From positions 744,001 through 808,000 of the forward strand of contig JASVEC010000018.1 in the NCBI GenBank assembly GCA_030770535.1: a DNA stretch of 64,000 nt, written 5' to 3'. The DNA is from Batkoa obscura. Lineage: Eukaryota. A program made the translations under genes and the position numbers. Of this stretch, positions 13,509 through 23,914 are shown one piece after another; position 1 is the stretch's first letter; every line of letters begins with the position of its first letter. The notes below the pieces were generated by a model, which worked only from the letters and a program-made list of their open reading frames with translations, had not been told where the DNA came from and searched no databases.

Positions 13509-15259
13509 ATGAGCTTACAAATTCATAAAGTAATAGGTAAATGGAGTTAAATAAAGATTATAATTAAAATTTAATTTAAATCGAATATTACTCTAGATGA
13601 AGCAACTAATATAAATGCAAAAGAAAGCTGGGAAGCATCGGATAGAATTGTTGATGCTATATTAGATAATGAAGTTAAGTAAGTAGAATCACATTTATAT
13701 TAAAAGAAACACAAAAAACTAACGATCGGTGTCTATTATTTTTTATATAAAATAGAGGTAGTGAAGTGATGCGAATAATATTATTAAAATTAAAAGATAA
13801 AGAAGAGAAAGTATCAAAGAATACATTTAATGTAAATTGATTTATTACTATCACCTATTTAAAAAACATAAAAAAATTAAAAAAGAAAGAGTATTAATTC
13901 TATATTTAGCTTATAATGTACTTATTACATAACTGTGAAAATGAAGTGAAATCGGAAGTAATGAGTAACGAGTTCCAATTAACTTTATTAGATACTTACA
14001 TAAAAAGGGTAAATCATCCATATTGTATCCTATCATAGTTGCATAACCTTTTTGTTTATCTATAGATAAAAGATATTGAATATAAAATTAAAATGATCGA
14101 CATGATTCAAGGATTTATTAGTGAAGCTAAAGATCAAAATTTAATTATTGCTTTAAAAAATACATTGAGTTTATTACAAGGTGTTCAAAGTAAGTTTTAT
14201 TATCATTTTACATCCCTATTTTAATTCGATTTATTTTTTATAGTGAAAAAGGTATAAACATTATATGCAATATATAGCATGAAATAGTGATTAATGTAGT
14301 ATTTTATTATTAAAGTCAGAAGCAGATAAAAAAACTGATGAATTAATACATCGCTTAATTGCTTATAGTAATAGTGATATGGCCATGCCAATCGAGCTAA
14401 TGGAAACGGCAAGATATGGAATAGTAATACTAAATTTAATTTATTAATATTTTCTATTAATTAGAAATCCCAACTAAAATATCAGTTTCAAGTGAAAGCG
14501 AAGCATTCTTTTGAACCTCAAGAGTTTGGAGAATTGAGATTTTTAAAGGATTCGATATTAAATATTATCGAATTAAGATATAATGATTGGTGGTTAGCCG
14601 AACTCAATGGAAGATATGGGTTTATTCCAGCTAATTATGTGGTAAGACAATGGAATACTCTACTTGTGTATTGATTTTACAATAATACTTTTTTAATTTT
14701 TTAGATAAAATATGAAAGAAATAGTGAAAGTATTAACTACGGAAATAATATTAAAATTAAAGCGGAACTTAATGGAAATTCAAATCCAATGATATATAAT
14801 GGTTATAATGTTATTAAAGAAGAAGTTAAAGAAGGAACATTCAATTCATCCATATCTTTAACTAATGGGAATGATATTAATAACGAATCACAAGTTATTG
14901 ATAAACTTCATTTGGAATTAGATACTTTTATTAATGACAATAAAATGCTATCAAAATCTGAATTTGATAAATTGAAGGTAAATAGAACAATTAATATGTT
15001 AAATAATTAATATTTTAATTAATGTTATTATATTGTATAGATAAGTTATGATATGGCTAGTTCCTGTAAACCAATAATATTAGATAAAATAAAATATCAC
15101 CAGAAACAAATAGGTAAGTAGAATTCAACATAAAAGTTTTGACAACGTTAATATTTTTGTTAACCTTTTAAAATAGAAATTTTAATGAACTTAAATGAAA
15201 AATTAAGTAAAGTAAGATCTTCTTATAGTCATGTAGTAGATCGATTATCACCTCCTTAG
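13509..15259 (+). CDS. HSE1: ESCRT-0 subunit Hse1/STAM-like (VHS, degenerate UIM, SH3, coiled coil), multi-exon
   Basis: VHS-like start MSLQIHKVIDEATNINAKESWEASDRIVD; SH3 AKHSFEPQEFGELRF..DWWLAELNGRYGFIPANYV; C-terminal helical region. Confidence 0.75.
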
Positions 15260-15726
15260 TTTTTTATTGAGTTGAAAATGGGGTTGGGCAAAAGTAGAGT
15301 ATGGGAAGCAGAAGTTAATTAATTAGGAATAAATAAGAGAACAGAAATTTATTTATGGAAAGAAATATTTCAACAAAATACAATATTTAATAAATAAAAG
15401 TATTTTAGTGGGATTCTATTTTGTATGAATATTTTCTTGTTTTAATGTTTAAATATATATGAGTATTTATATAATCAATTTTATCATCTAGTTTAAAAAC
15501 AATCGATTATTCCTATTACTGTTAATGTCATTCAAAAATCTATAAAATTTGAATTTAATCATTACTTTTTCTAAATTAGCTAATTTTCCATATCAACCAA
15601 TCAAATGGTGACGAATTCATTTTAAGATTGATAATTTCGAAACAAGAACTTGGAACTAAAAATAATAATAATAATACACTTTCATCTTTTAAAAAAAAAA
15701 TAAAAACGTCAAAAAACAAAAAGAAC

Positions 15727-18700
15727 ATGGAAATCCTCGTACCAACAATAAAAAAGCTGCATGATGAAGCTATCTTAAAAAAAGAGAAGAAACTGGCTTC
15801 GTTAACAAAATTGGCACTCGAGGACATGGAGCAAGTACAAAAGCGACGTATAGGAGGTGTATCGTTACCCCCACCACCCAGCGAGGTTGGAGAAGATGCT
15901 ATTGAAAGTGAAAGTATACGTGTAGAAGATATAGTGTCTATTGAAAATATTGGTGATCGATATTACAAATGTTATAAATTAGCATGTCAAAATTGGATGC
16001 CCATTAAAATTCAACAAAGTAGTTTAGAAGTGATACAAAAATTAACAGCACATGGATTATTGTCTGGAGAAGAAAATTGGGAGTATCCAAAGAAAGAGGG
16101 AAGTAAAGAAATGAGAATTGATCTAGCATTGGCATTGAAAAATGGATTGAATCCATTTGATAGTAAATTTCATTGTGAAGAAGAGAATGGGTTAGCTGCA
16201 TTTGAATTACTATGGCCAAATGAGACAATTGAAAGCAAAGAGAATAAAGAAAATAAAAACAAAATAAATTCACAATATCAATATAAATTAATTGATGATT
16301 TAATCAATACCATATGTCATTGTTATATTGGTTCTAAAACAGAAGAAGCTATTCAAGTATTGGTAGCACAAACATTGTTAACTATCTTTGTTAATTCAGC
16401 TATTAAAATTCATGGAGTTACTTTAATTAAAATGGTTCAAACATTAATTAATATGACTGTTTATTCAACAAAACCAGTGATCCAAACTACAAGTAAAGCA
16501 ATCTTAACACAGATGGTAAATTTAGTTGTTTCCAGAATGGAAGAATGCAATCAAAAGATCAAAAACCAAAATGGAAAGTTAGAAGTTAAGAAAGAAGAAA
16601 AAGAGGAGGCGAATGAAAATAATAATACCAGTTTACCAGAGATACCAGTGGAAAATGAAAGTATTAATATTAAAAGTAGGAATTCCAAATTAGCAGATAA
16701 AAATTATTCTGTGATTGAAAATTTAATACTAGAAAAAGAAATGTTAGAAGAAGATGGTATATTAGTATTACATCTATTATGTCATTTGTCATTAGGATTC
16801 GATGCTACTATATTAAATGATCAAGAATCAGCAATCTTAGCGGATTCTAGATGTCGCATGATAAGTTTAGAATTAATATTATCAATGTTAAACAATAGTG
16901 GAAGATTATTTCAAACAGATTTAAGATTTTCACAAGTATTAAAAAGAAATTTATGTGTATCATTATCCAAAAATGGGATCTCCACTGATCCCACTACCTT
17001 CGAATTATCATTATCAATATTTATTGTATTATTTTCATCTTTTAGAGCTACCCTAAAATCGGAAATCGAAGTATTATTTAAAGAAATTTATTTAAGGTTA
17101 ATTAATATGCAATCTTCAACTTATTATCAAAAATCATTAATATTACAAGCTTTAATGAAAATTTGTAGAAATCCACAAGCAATTGTAGATATGTATGTTA
17201 ATTACGATTGTAACATTGGCTCATCTAGTATTTTTGAAAATATGATGGATTTGTTAAGTAAAGTAGCTCAAGGTAGACAAACTAAAAATATACCTAATCA
17301 AAATAATAAAAAAGGAAGAATCTTTAATGATAGTAATTCAACTAATGATATTTCAGAAGATCGTTGGTTAAAAGTTCGAGGTTTAAGATGTTTAGTTACT
17401 GTTTTAAATTCATTAGTAGAATGGAGTAAAGGTAATAACAATAATAACAATAATAAAACAATCGATTCTAGAGAAAACACACCAATTCAATCAATAAGTG
17501 AAGTAGATGGATTACCAGTTGTTGTTAATAAAAATCATTTAGAGCATGTTGGTAATTATGATTTATCTAATGCAAAAAGTAATAAATATTCAGAATCTAA
17601 TGGAAATAGTGATGATGATGATCCCTTAAAAATCCAACAAATCAGTAGTCAAAAACAATTATGGGTTCATGGAATTAATACATTTAATCAAAGTCCAAAA
17701 AAAGGATTAATTGAATTACAAATGAATGGATTTGTTACAGAAGATCCAAAAGATATAGCTAAATTTTTTTTAGAAACAAATGAATTAAGCAAACAAAGTA
17801 TTGGTACTTATTTAGGGAGACCAGAAGAAAAAGCAATTCAAATAATGCATGCTTTCGTTGATCAATTTGATTTTTTTAAAATGTCCTTTGTGGATGCTTT
17901 AAGAGCTTTTGTTCAATCTTTTAGATTACCTAAAGAAACTCAACAAATTGACCGAATATTAGAAAAATTTGCTGATCGATATTGTGAAACAAATCCAAAA
18001 GAATTTGAAAGTGCAGATACAGCTTACGTGTTAGCCTTTTCTGTTATGATGTTAAATACCGATCAACATAGTCAACAAGTTAAAAATCGAATGGATCAAA
18101 TGATGTTTATACGAAATAATAAGGGAATCAATAATGGTAAAGATTTGGAAGAAAGTTATTTAATTAATATCTTTGAAGATATTAAAAATAAAGAAATCAT
18201 TATGGAAGAAGAACATTTTAATAAAGATTTAAGTGGTCCAACTGAAAAATTAATAAGATATCATCAAGAAACTGCTTTTTTACAAAAGAAATTAGTATCT
18301 TTATTCCAAGGCCAAGATTCAAGTAAACAATCGAATTTATTTTTATCAGCTACCCATTCCGATCATGTTAAACCAATGTTTGCTATTGCTTGGTATCCAG
18401 TAATTGCTGCTTTATCTAGAATATTTGAAGAAATTAATGACATCAATAATGACAATTTAAGTGAAAGGGAAATTAATGAAGAATCAATTGAATTATGTTT
18501 AGAAGGTTTTTCAGGAGCAATAAGGATTAGTTGTTTATATTATATGGAAATCGAGAGAAACGCATTTATATCAGCACTAGTAAAATTTACATCAATTAAT
18601 AAAATTGATTCAATGCGTCCAAAAAGTATTCAATGTATTAAAACACTAACTAATTTAGCTTATATTTATGGAGAATATTTAGATGAATCTTGGGAATTAA

Positions 18701-21246
18701 TATTAGAGGCTATTTCTAGAATGGAGCAATTACATTTATTTGGTGATCAATCTGAGTCCCCATCAAGAATATCTTCAAGAGATAAAACAACATCAACACA
18801 TACAAGAAGATCTTTATCAATTGATGGTAAAGTAACTACATCAACAAGAAGATTAACAGGAGGACCTCTAGCTTTATCTCAAGATTTATCTTTAATTGAA
18901 CAATTAAGATCTCAACTTAATTTTAGTGAAAAATTAAATGAATTGAGATCTCAATCTTTTTTAGTAGCAATCGATAAAATCTTTGGAAATTCAAGTAATT
19001 TCAATGGATTATCAATTATTCATTTTTATCGAGCTATTTGTAATGTATCTTTACAAGAAGTAGATGAAGGATATCCAGGAAGACCGCGTACTTTCTCATT
19101 ACATAAAATAGTGGAAATAACTTACTATAATATGACACGTATAAGATTAGAATGGACACAAATTTGGAAAATATTAAGACCTTATTTTAATACTGTTGGT
19201 TGTCATGAAGACCATCATGTAGCTGCGTTAGCTATCGATTCCTTAAGACAGTTATCAATGAAATTTTTTGAACGATCCGAATTAAGTCAATTTCATACTC
19301 AACATGATTTTTTAAAACCATTCGAACATATTTCTAGACATAATTTATCACCTAACATGCAAGATTTAATATTACAATCATTATCTCAAATGGTTACTGC
19401 TAAAGCATCTAATATTAAATCTGGTTGGAAATCGGTATTTTCAGTCTTAGGAAATTTAGCAGCTAATAATCCATCTTTATCGGTGTTAGCTGCTTCCTTC
19501 CAATTAGTTAAATTAGTATTTGAACAACATTTTTCTATTTTAGGGATTGGATTTGTAGATGGTGTCAATTGTTTAGTTTCATTTGGTATTAACAAAGTAT
19601 CTAAAGATATTGCCTTAGAAGCAATTGAATTAATTCAACAATGTGTGGAACCTTTTCTTAAAGTTCAAGAAGAAAATAGTAATAGCAATGAAACTAATAA
19701 TAATAATGAAACGATATCACAAGATGATTTGTTATTTTTAAGATGGTTCCCAGTATTATCAAGTTTATCTAGAATTGTTATCGATGCTCATTTTGATAGT
19801 CTAAGAGAAGAAAGTTTAATTCGACTATTTGAAACATTAAAATTAAGTGGTAAATTATATTCACCTAATTTCTGGAATTCTATCTTAAGAAGTGTACTAC
19901 TACCTATCTTTGATGATGTAAAGTTAAAAGTTAAAAATAAGAGTAAAGAATCAGAAACTTGGGTTAAAGCATTAACTTTATTGATATCTTTATTTGAAGA
20001 ATATTATCATGATTTGGCCAATAATATGGAATTTTTAGAACAAATGTTTCATCTTATTGCTTCTACACTCAGCTTCCATTTAGATGATAATTTAACAAAA
20101 CATGGTTTAGCTATCTTTAAAGCTATTGTTATTGATAATTCAGCTAGATTTGAATTGGAATTATGGAATTTAATAACTAAATGTTTAAATGAATTTTTTG
20201 AAATTACAACCCCTCATTATTTATTTGAAATTTTACCTGAAGGATTTGATGAAAACACACAAGAATCAATGGAAGACAAACAAACAGATGATAAAAATGA
20301 AATAATAAATCAAAATCATTTATCTAATAATGATATTCCATTTGAAAATGAATATGAAAAAGATGAAATTAATGATGAAAAAGATGAAATTAATAATGAA
20401 AAAGATGAAATTAATAATGAAAAACAAGCAATAATTCAAGAGAATATTAAATTTATTAATGGTAAAAATAAGATAATAAATCATGATAATAATTATGATA
20501 AACCAGAGATAGATTTACAATCTGAATTATTAAAATGTCGAGTTCATTTATCGGTATTACATATGATACGAGAAATTGCACAATATTCTGATAAAGAAGA
20601 AGAAATTCATAATAATAAAAATAAAAATTATAGTAATCCAATGATGAATATGCCACCAACCATTTCAAGACAGTGGTTAAAATTATTAAAAGGATCAGCT
20701 GAATTTGCAGCTAGATTTAATGAACATAAACAATTAAGACATTACCTTTGGTCTAATAATCATGTAGCTCAATTACCTCATTTAATAAGACAAGAAACAT
20801 CAGCATTAAGTATTTATCTACAAATTGCCTATTCTTTATATACTAAATTTGGAGATTCTTATGACACTTTATTAAATGAAAGCAATAATACAGAATTCAA
20901 GTTTCAAGTCAAACCAATGTTCCCAGAATTGATACAAGAAAGTGAAAGAATCTTAATGTTGTTTATTGAATTAATTAAAGAACATTCAAATAAACAAAGA
21001 GATATTGCTAATTGGTCTTATTTAGTAGCACAAATATTTAAAGATGTAGGGAATGTACCTTGGAATAAAAAAGGAGAGAAAGAAGAAGTATCCAATGATG
21101 AACAAGTTCAAGTAGAATATAATTTATTTTTACCTCATTTAAAATCTTTGTATTATCTTGCAGTTGATGTTTCTCTTACTGATAAAATGGAAGTTCGATT
21201 GGCAGTGAATCAATTTTTAAAAAAAGTAGGAAATGTTCTATTTTAA
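15727..21246 (+). CDS. SEC7: Large Arf-GEF of the Sec7/BIG family (DCB, HUS, Sec7, HDS domains), single exon
   Basis: HUS box YVNYDC; Sec7 domain FRLPKETQQIDRILEKFA and AYVLAFSVMMLNTDQH; YYNMTRIRLEW; NIKSGWK. First ATG is at 15727 (the ORF track starts at a TTG). Confidence 0.93.
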   Translation: MEILVPTIKKLHDEAILKKEKKLASLTKLALEDMEQVQKRRIGGVSLPPPPSEVGEDAIESESIRVEDIVSIENIGDRYYKCYKLACQNWMPIKIQQSSLEVIQKLTAHGLLSGEENWEYPKKEGSKEMRIDLALALKNGLNPFDSKFHCEEENGLAAFELLWPNETIESKENKENKNKINSQYQYKLIDDLINTICHCYIGSKTEEAIQVLVAQTLLTIFVNSAIKIHGVTLIKMVQTLINMTVYSTKPVIQTTSKAILTQMVNLVVSRMEECNQKIKNQNGKLEVKKEEKEEANENNNTSLPEIPVENESINIKSRNSKLADKNYSVIENLILEKEMLEEDGILVLHLLCHLSLGFDATILNDQESAILADSRCRMISLELILSMLNNSGRLFQTDLRFSQVLKRNLCVSLSKNGISTDPTTFELSLSIFIVLFSSFRATLKSEIEVLFKEIYLRLINMQSSTYYQKSLILQALMKICRNPQAIVDMYVNYDCNIGSSSIFENMMDLLSKVAQGRQTKNIPNQNNKKGRIFNDSNSTNDISEDRWLKVRGLRCLVTVLNSLVEWSKGNNNNNNNKTIDSRENTPIQSISEVDGLPVVVNKNHLEHVGNYDLSNAKSNKYSESNGNSDDDDPLKIQQISSQKQLWVHGINTFNQSPKKGLIELQMNGFVTEDPKDIAKFFLETNELSKQSIGTYLGRPEEKAIQIMHAFVDQFDFFKMSFVDALRAFVQSFRLPKETQQIDRILEKFADRYCETNPKEFESADTAYVLAFSVMMLNTDQHSQQVKNRMDQMMFIRNNKGINNGKDLEESYLINIFEDIKNKEIIMEEEHFNKDLSGPTEKLIRYHQETAFLQKKLVSLFQGQDSSKQSNLFLSATHSDHVKPMFAIAWYPVIAALSRIFEEINDINNDNLSEREINEESIELCLEGFSGAIRISCLYYMEIERNAFISALVKFTSINKIDSMRPKSIQCIKTLTNLAYIYGEYLDESWELILEAISRMEQLHLFGDQSESPSRISSRDKTTSTHTRRSLSIDGKVTTSTRRLTGGPLALSQDLSLIEQLRSQLNFSEKLNELRSQSFLVAIDKIFGNSSNFNGLSIIHFYRAICNVSLQEVDEGYPGRPRTFSLHKIVEITYYNMTRIRLEWTQIWKILRPYFNTVGCHEDHHVAALAIDSLRQLSMKFFERSELSQFHTQHDFLKPFEHISRHNLSPNMQDLILQSLSQMVTAKASNIKSGWKSVFSVLGNLAANNPSLSVLAASFQLVKLVFEQHFSILGIGFVDGVNCLVSFGINKVSKDIALEAIELIQQCVEPFLKVQEENSNSNETNNNNETISQDDLLFLRWFPVLSSLSRIVIDAHFDSLREESLIRLFETLKLSGKLYSPNFWNSILRSVLLPIFDDVKLKVKNKSKESETWVKALTLLISLFEEYYHDLANNMEFLEQMFHLIASTLSFHLDDNLTKHGLAIFKAIVIDNSARFELELWNLITKCLNEFFEITTPHYLFEILPEGFDENTQESMEDKQTDDKNEIINQNHLSNNDIPFENEYEKDEINDEKDEINNEKDEINNEKQAIIQENIKFINGKNKIINHDNNYDKPEIDLQSELLKCRVHLSVLHMIREIAQYSDKEEEIHNNKNKNYSNPMMNMPPTISRQWLKLLKGSAEFAARFNEHKQLRHYLWSNNHVAQLPHLIRQETSALSIYLQIAYSLYTKFGDSYDTLLNESNNTEFKFQVKPMFPELIQESERILMLFIELIKEHSNKQRDIANWSYLVAQIFKDVGNVPWNKKGEKEEVSNDEQVQVEYNLFLPHLKSLYYLAVDVSLTDKMEVRLAVNQFLKKVGNVLF
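20356..20424 (+). repeat. 21-nt coding tandem repeat x3.3 (EKDEIN[D/N]) within Sec7
   Basis: GAAAAAGATGAAATTAAT(G/A)AT repeated directly. Confidence 0.9.
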
Positions 21247-22113
21247 TTATAAGATTAAGTTAATGAAAAATAGGTAAATTTTTAAAATATTATAATGAAG
21301 TATTCGGTTGAAAAATAAAATTTTATAATTATTATTTGATTTTTTATTGTTGATGGAAAACTTTGATGTGATTTTACTTTATGAGTTAATTTGGATTTGT
21401 GTTTATCCGATAGTTCTTATTATACTGGATAGACAGTAATAATATTCAAGTTTTAATATTATTAAAAGAACTCGAGTTTTTAATATTATTAAAAAAAGCG
21501 ATTAATTTTACTTATTTGACCTAAAATAAAAAGAATAAGAATATTTAAAGAACACTTATTTTTACTCCTTTATTTAAAATATTTATAAACCTTAATATTC
21601 ATTATTATTTTATTAACACTGATCAGTTAATGAGTTATATAAAATTGAGTTATTAATTTTTTTTAATTTTAATACTTAATTGAAGTTTTATTTTATTAAA
21701 ATTGAGTTAATTTATTTACTAATCATATTAAATGTTAAGACACCTTAAAACATTTTCAATATTTTTGAAAAAATATAGAAACTTTTTTTAAAAAAATAAT
21801 AATTTTTATTCCCACTCAAATATTTCAAAATGGGATTTAATCTTTATTTATAAAATAATTTTATTTTAACAATTATTCTAATCTTACATAAGCTTAGTAA
21901 AACAATATTAACTTTTAATCAATGAATACTAGAACATGAATAAAAAAATACAAGTAAAAAAAATTATTATTCAGATGAAATAATTTATTAACTTAATCAA
22001 AATTTAGTAACAAATAGATCAAAAAATAAGGTCTTAAATAAATAAATTAATAGAACCTTTAGTTCAATTGGCACAGCCTAATAAAACTAAAATCTTCTAA
22101 AAAATTTCATTCT

Positions 22114-22719
22114 TTAAGACCAGATTCGAGTTGATATATAAGTGTCTTCATCATCCGAAGTGGTAGAGGCTTTAAGTAAAGAATCGATGCCAGGGAGACG
22201 AAAGCATTCTTTATTAATTAAAGTAGTTTGATGTTGTACATTCAATTTATTCAACTTCTCGGCACAGCCGATCATTTTATAATTTGAATTATAAAAACCA
22301 AATTCTTCTTTTAATGGAGAACTTCCGCCTGAATGCGAAGATGGTATCAATGAAGTAGTTTCATTGGTTGGTAATGAAGTTTGTAAACGTGAATTTAATT
22401 GCTGATTTTCTCTTTGTAATCGTAAGATCATATGGTTTTGGTCACTGTTAATGATCTCTAAAGCATGTACTCTTTCCTCAAGATATCTTAAATGATTTTC
22501 TTTACGCTCACGATATGCTCTTTGCGCTATACGGTTCTGTGCTAATCGTTTATTAGCTGGCTCCAAAGGACTGGGTTTACGGCCAGGTTTCGCCCTTACC
22601 TTGTGGAGTGGCAAATTGAGTATATTTTGATGATAAGGTAAATGGAATGTCATTTCACTAGGTTGTTCAATAGTGGAAGTTGAGGTAGAGTAATGAGATA
22701 GGTTAATTTGAGATGTCAT
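22114..22719 (-). CDS. Yap/HapX-like bZIP transcription factor, intronless
   Basis: KPGRKP...KRLAQNRIAQRAYRERKE followed by a leucine zipper; C-terminal RLPGIDSLL. Confidence 0.85.
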   Translation of the reverse strand: MTSQINLSHYSTSTSTIEQPSEMTFHLPYHQNILNLPLHKVRAKPGRKPSPLEPANKRLAQNRIAQRAYRERKENHLRYLEERVHALEIINSDQNHMILRLQRENQQLNSRLQTSLPTNETTSLIPSSHSGGSSPLKEEFGFYNSNYKMIGCAEKLNKLNVQHQTTLINKECFRLPGIDSLLKASTTSDDEDTYISTRIWS

Positions 22720-23241
22720 AATGGATGGGATAGTGCTGTTTTTTAATTAAATTGTACACTAATGTTCATTTATCAGCAATTCTATCAAAGAATGGGTCGA
22801 GGGATGGATTGTTAACAAAAGTAAAAAACAATGATTGAATTTGAGCAGTAATTTATACTTTAGGTTTGCTCCTTTTCCCAATTCGAAAAGGGAATTTGGT
22901 TCATTTGATTGGTTGATTTTCATAAATATTGAATATAGCGAGTAACTTACTAATTAAAATTCATCATTTGATAACAACGTTCATTTTAACACCAATAAAT
23001 TAAATGAAAACAGTACTCCACCAATCATTAAGATCAATAGTTTCCATGAAATAATAGTTATAATTGAAAATTATTGAGTCGGACAACTATATTCAATCAA
23101 TGTTAAAAACAAAGCTATTATCTATATAATGAATTATTGTGATGGTGCCACTAAGTAGGAATAATTTTAATTATTTTAAAAAAAAATAGCCTCATTACTT
23201 ATTTTTATAAAAAGCTATTCAATTTTTTAAACAAGCATATT

Positions 23242-23322
23242 AACTATATAAACTATATAAATTATGTAAACTATATAAACTATATAAACTATATAAACTA
23301 TATAAACTATATAAACTATATA
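23242..23322. repeat. 9-bp tandem repeat (AACTATATA) x9
   Basis: Read directly; one degenerate unit AATTATGTA. Confidence 0.95.
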
Positions 23323-23518
23323 AAATTAATTGGTTTCATAAAAAAGAAGAAAACCCTAAAACTTAATTAAAAAACAGCTGTTTATTTACCTATTCAACTA
23401 TGTAACAAATAATTTGAGAGAGATTTATAAATGGAGGAGAATAAAAAATTTCCCTCAAACATAATAACTTCTACTGTTAAAATTATAAAATTTATTCTTG
23501 TTATTTAATAAATCATGT

Positions 23519-23616
23519 GGGAATGTATTTTTGTATTTAAGAATTTTACTAACGATTTTTCCACTGAAGTAGCGCTTAAAAGATAGAAGAAGTGATGAAG
23601 TCAAAAAAATATCCTC
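23519..23616 (+). mobile_element. MITE family A copy
   Basis: GGGAATGTATTTTT...AAAAAAATATCCTC, 98 bp, flanks ATGT/ATAT. Confidence 0.85.
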
Positions 23617-23848
23617 ATATATTATTTAATGATGTTTCTCAAATTCTGTATATTACATTTTTAACTAATTCGTTGTATTCAATTATTGATGTTCAATTCT
23701 AAATGTTGTTATATTAATAATATTATCAATAAGTTCATTACTAATACTTTCTCATTTTTAGCTTTGTTTATTAATGTAAATAAGCTATTAAATATTCACT
23801 TTCTTTTTATAATGATGGTATCCGATTATTAATTGTATGTCAGTAACT

Positions 23849-23914
23849 TTTTATTTTATTTTATTTTATTTTATTTTATTTTATTTTATTTTATTTTATT
23901 TTTGTTTTATTTTA
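23849..23914. repeat. (TTTTA)n microsatellite
   Basis: Read directly. Confidence 0.95.

Noticed and set aside
14190..14464. Apparent long intron possibly hosting a C/D snoRNA
   Set aside because: Better explained by an 8-nt and a 108-nt exon that keep the reading frame.
15628..15726. TTG-initiated N-terminal extension of Sec7 (similar TTG/GTG starts in other track ORFs)
   Set aside because: Artefact of a prokaryote-style start-codon table; the first ATG was used instead.
21808..21835. ATTCCCACTCAAATA resembling the MITE A core (also GGGGAATAG at 41071)
   Set aside because: Too short, with no paired termini or TSD; not counted as copies.
23242..23322. Regular repeats considered as a CRISPR array or telomeric seed
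   Set aside because: Head-to-tail 9-mers without spacers, no G-rich strand, eukaryotic context.
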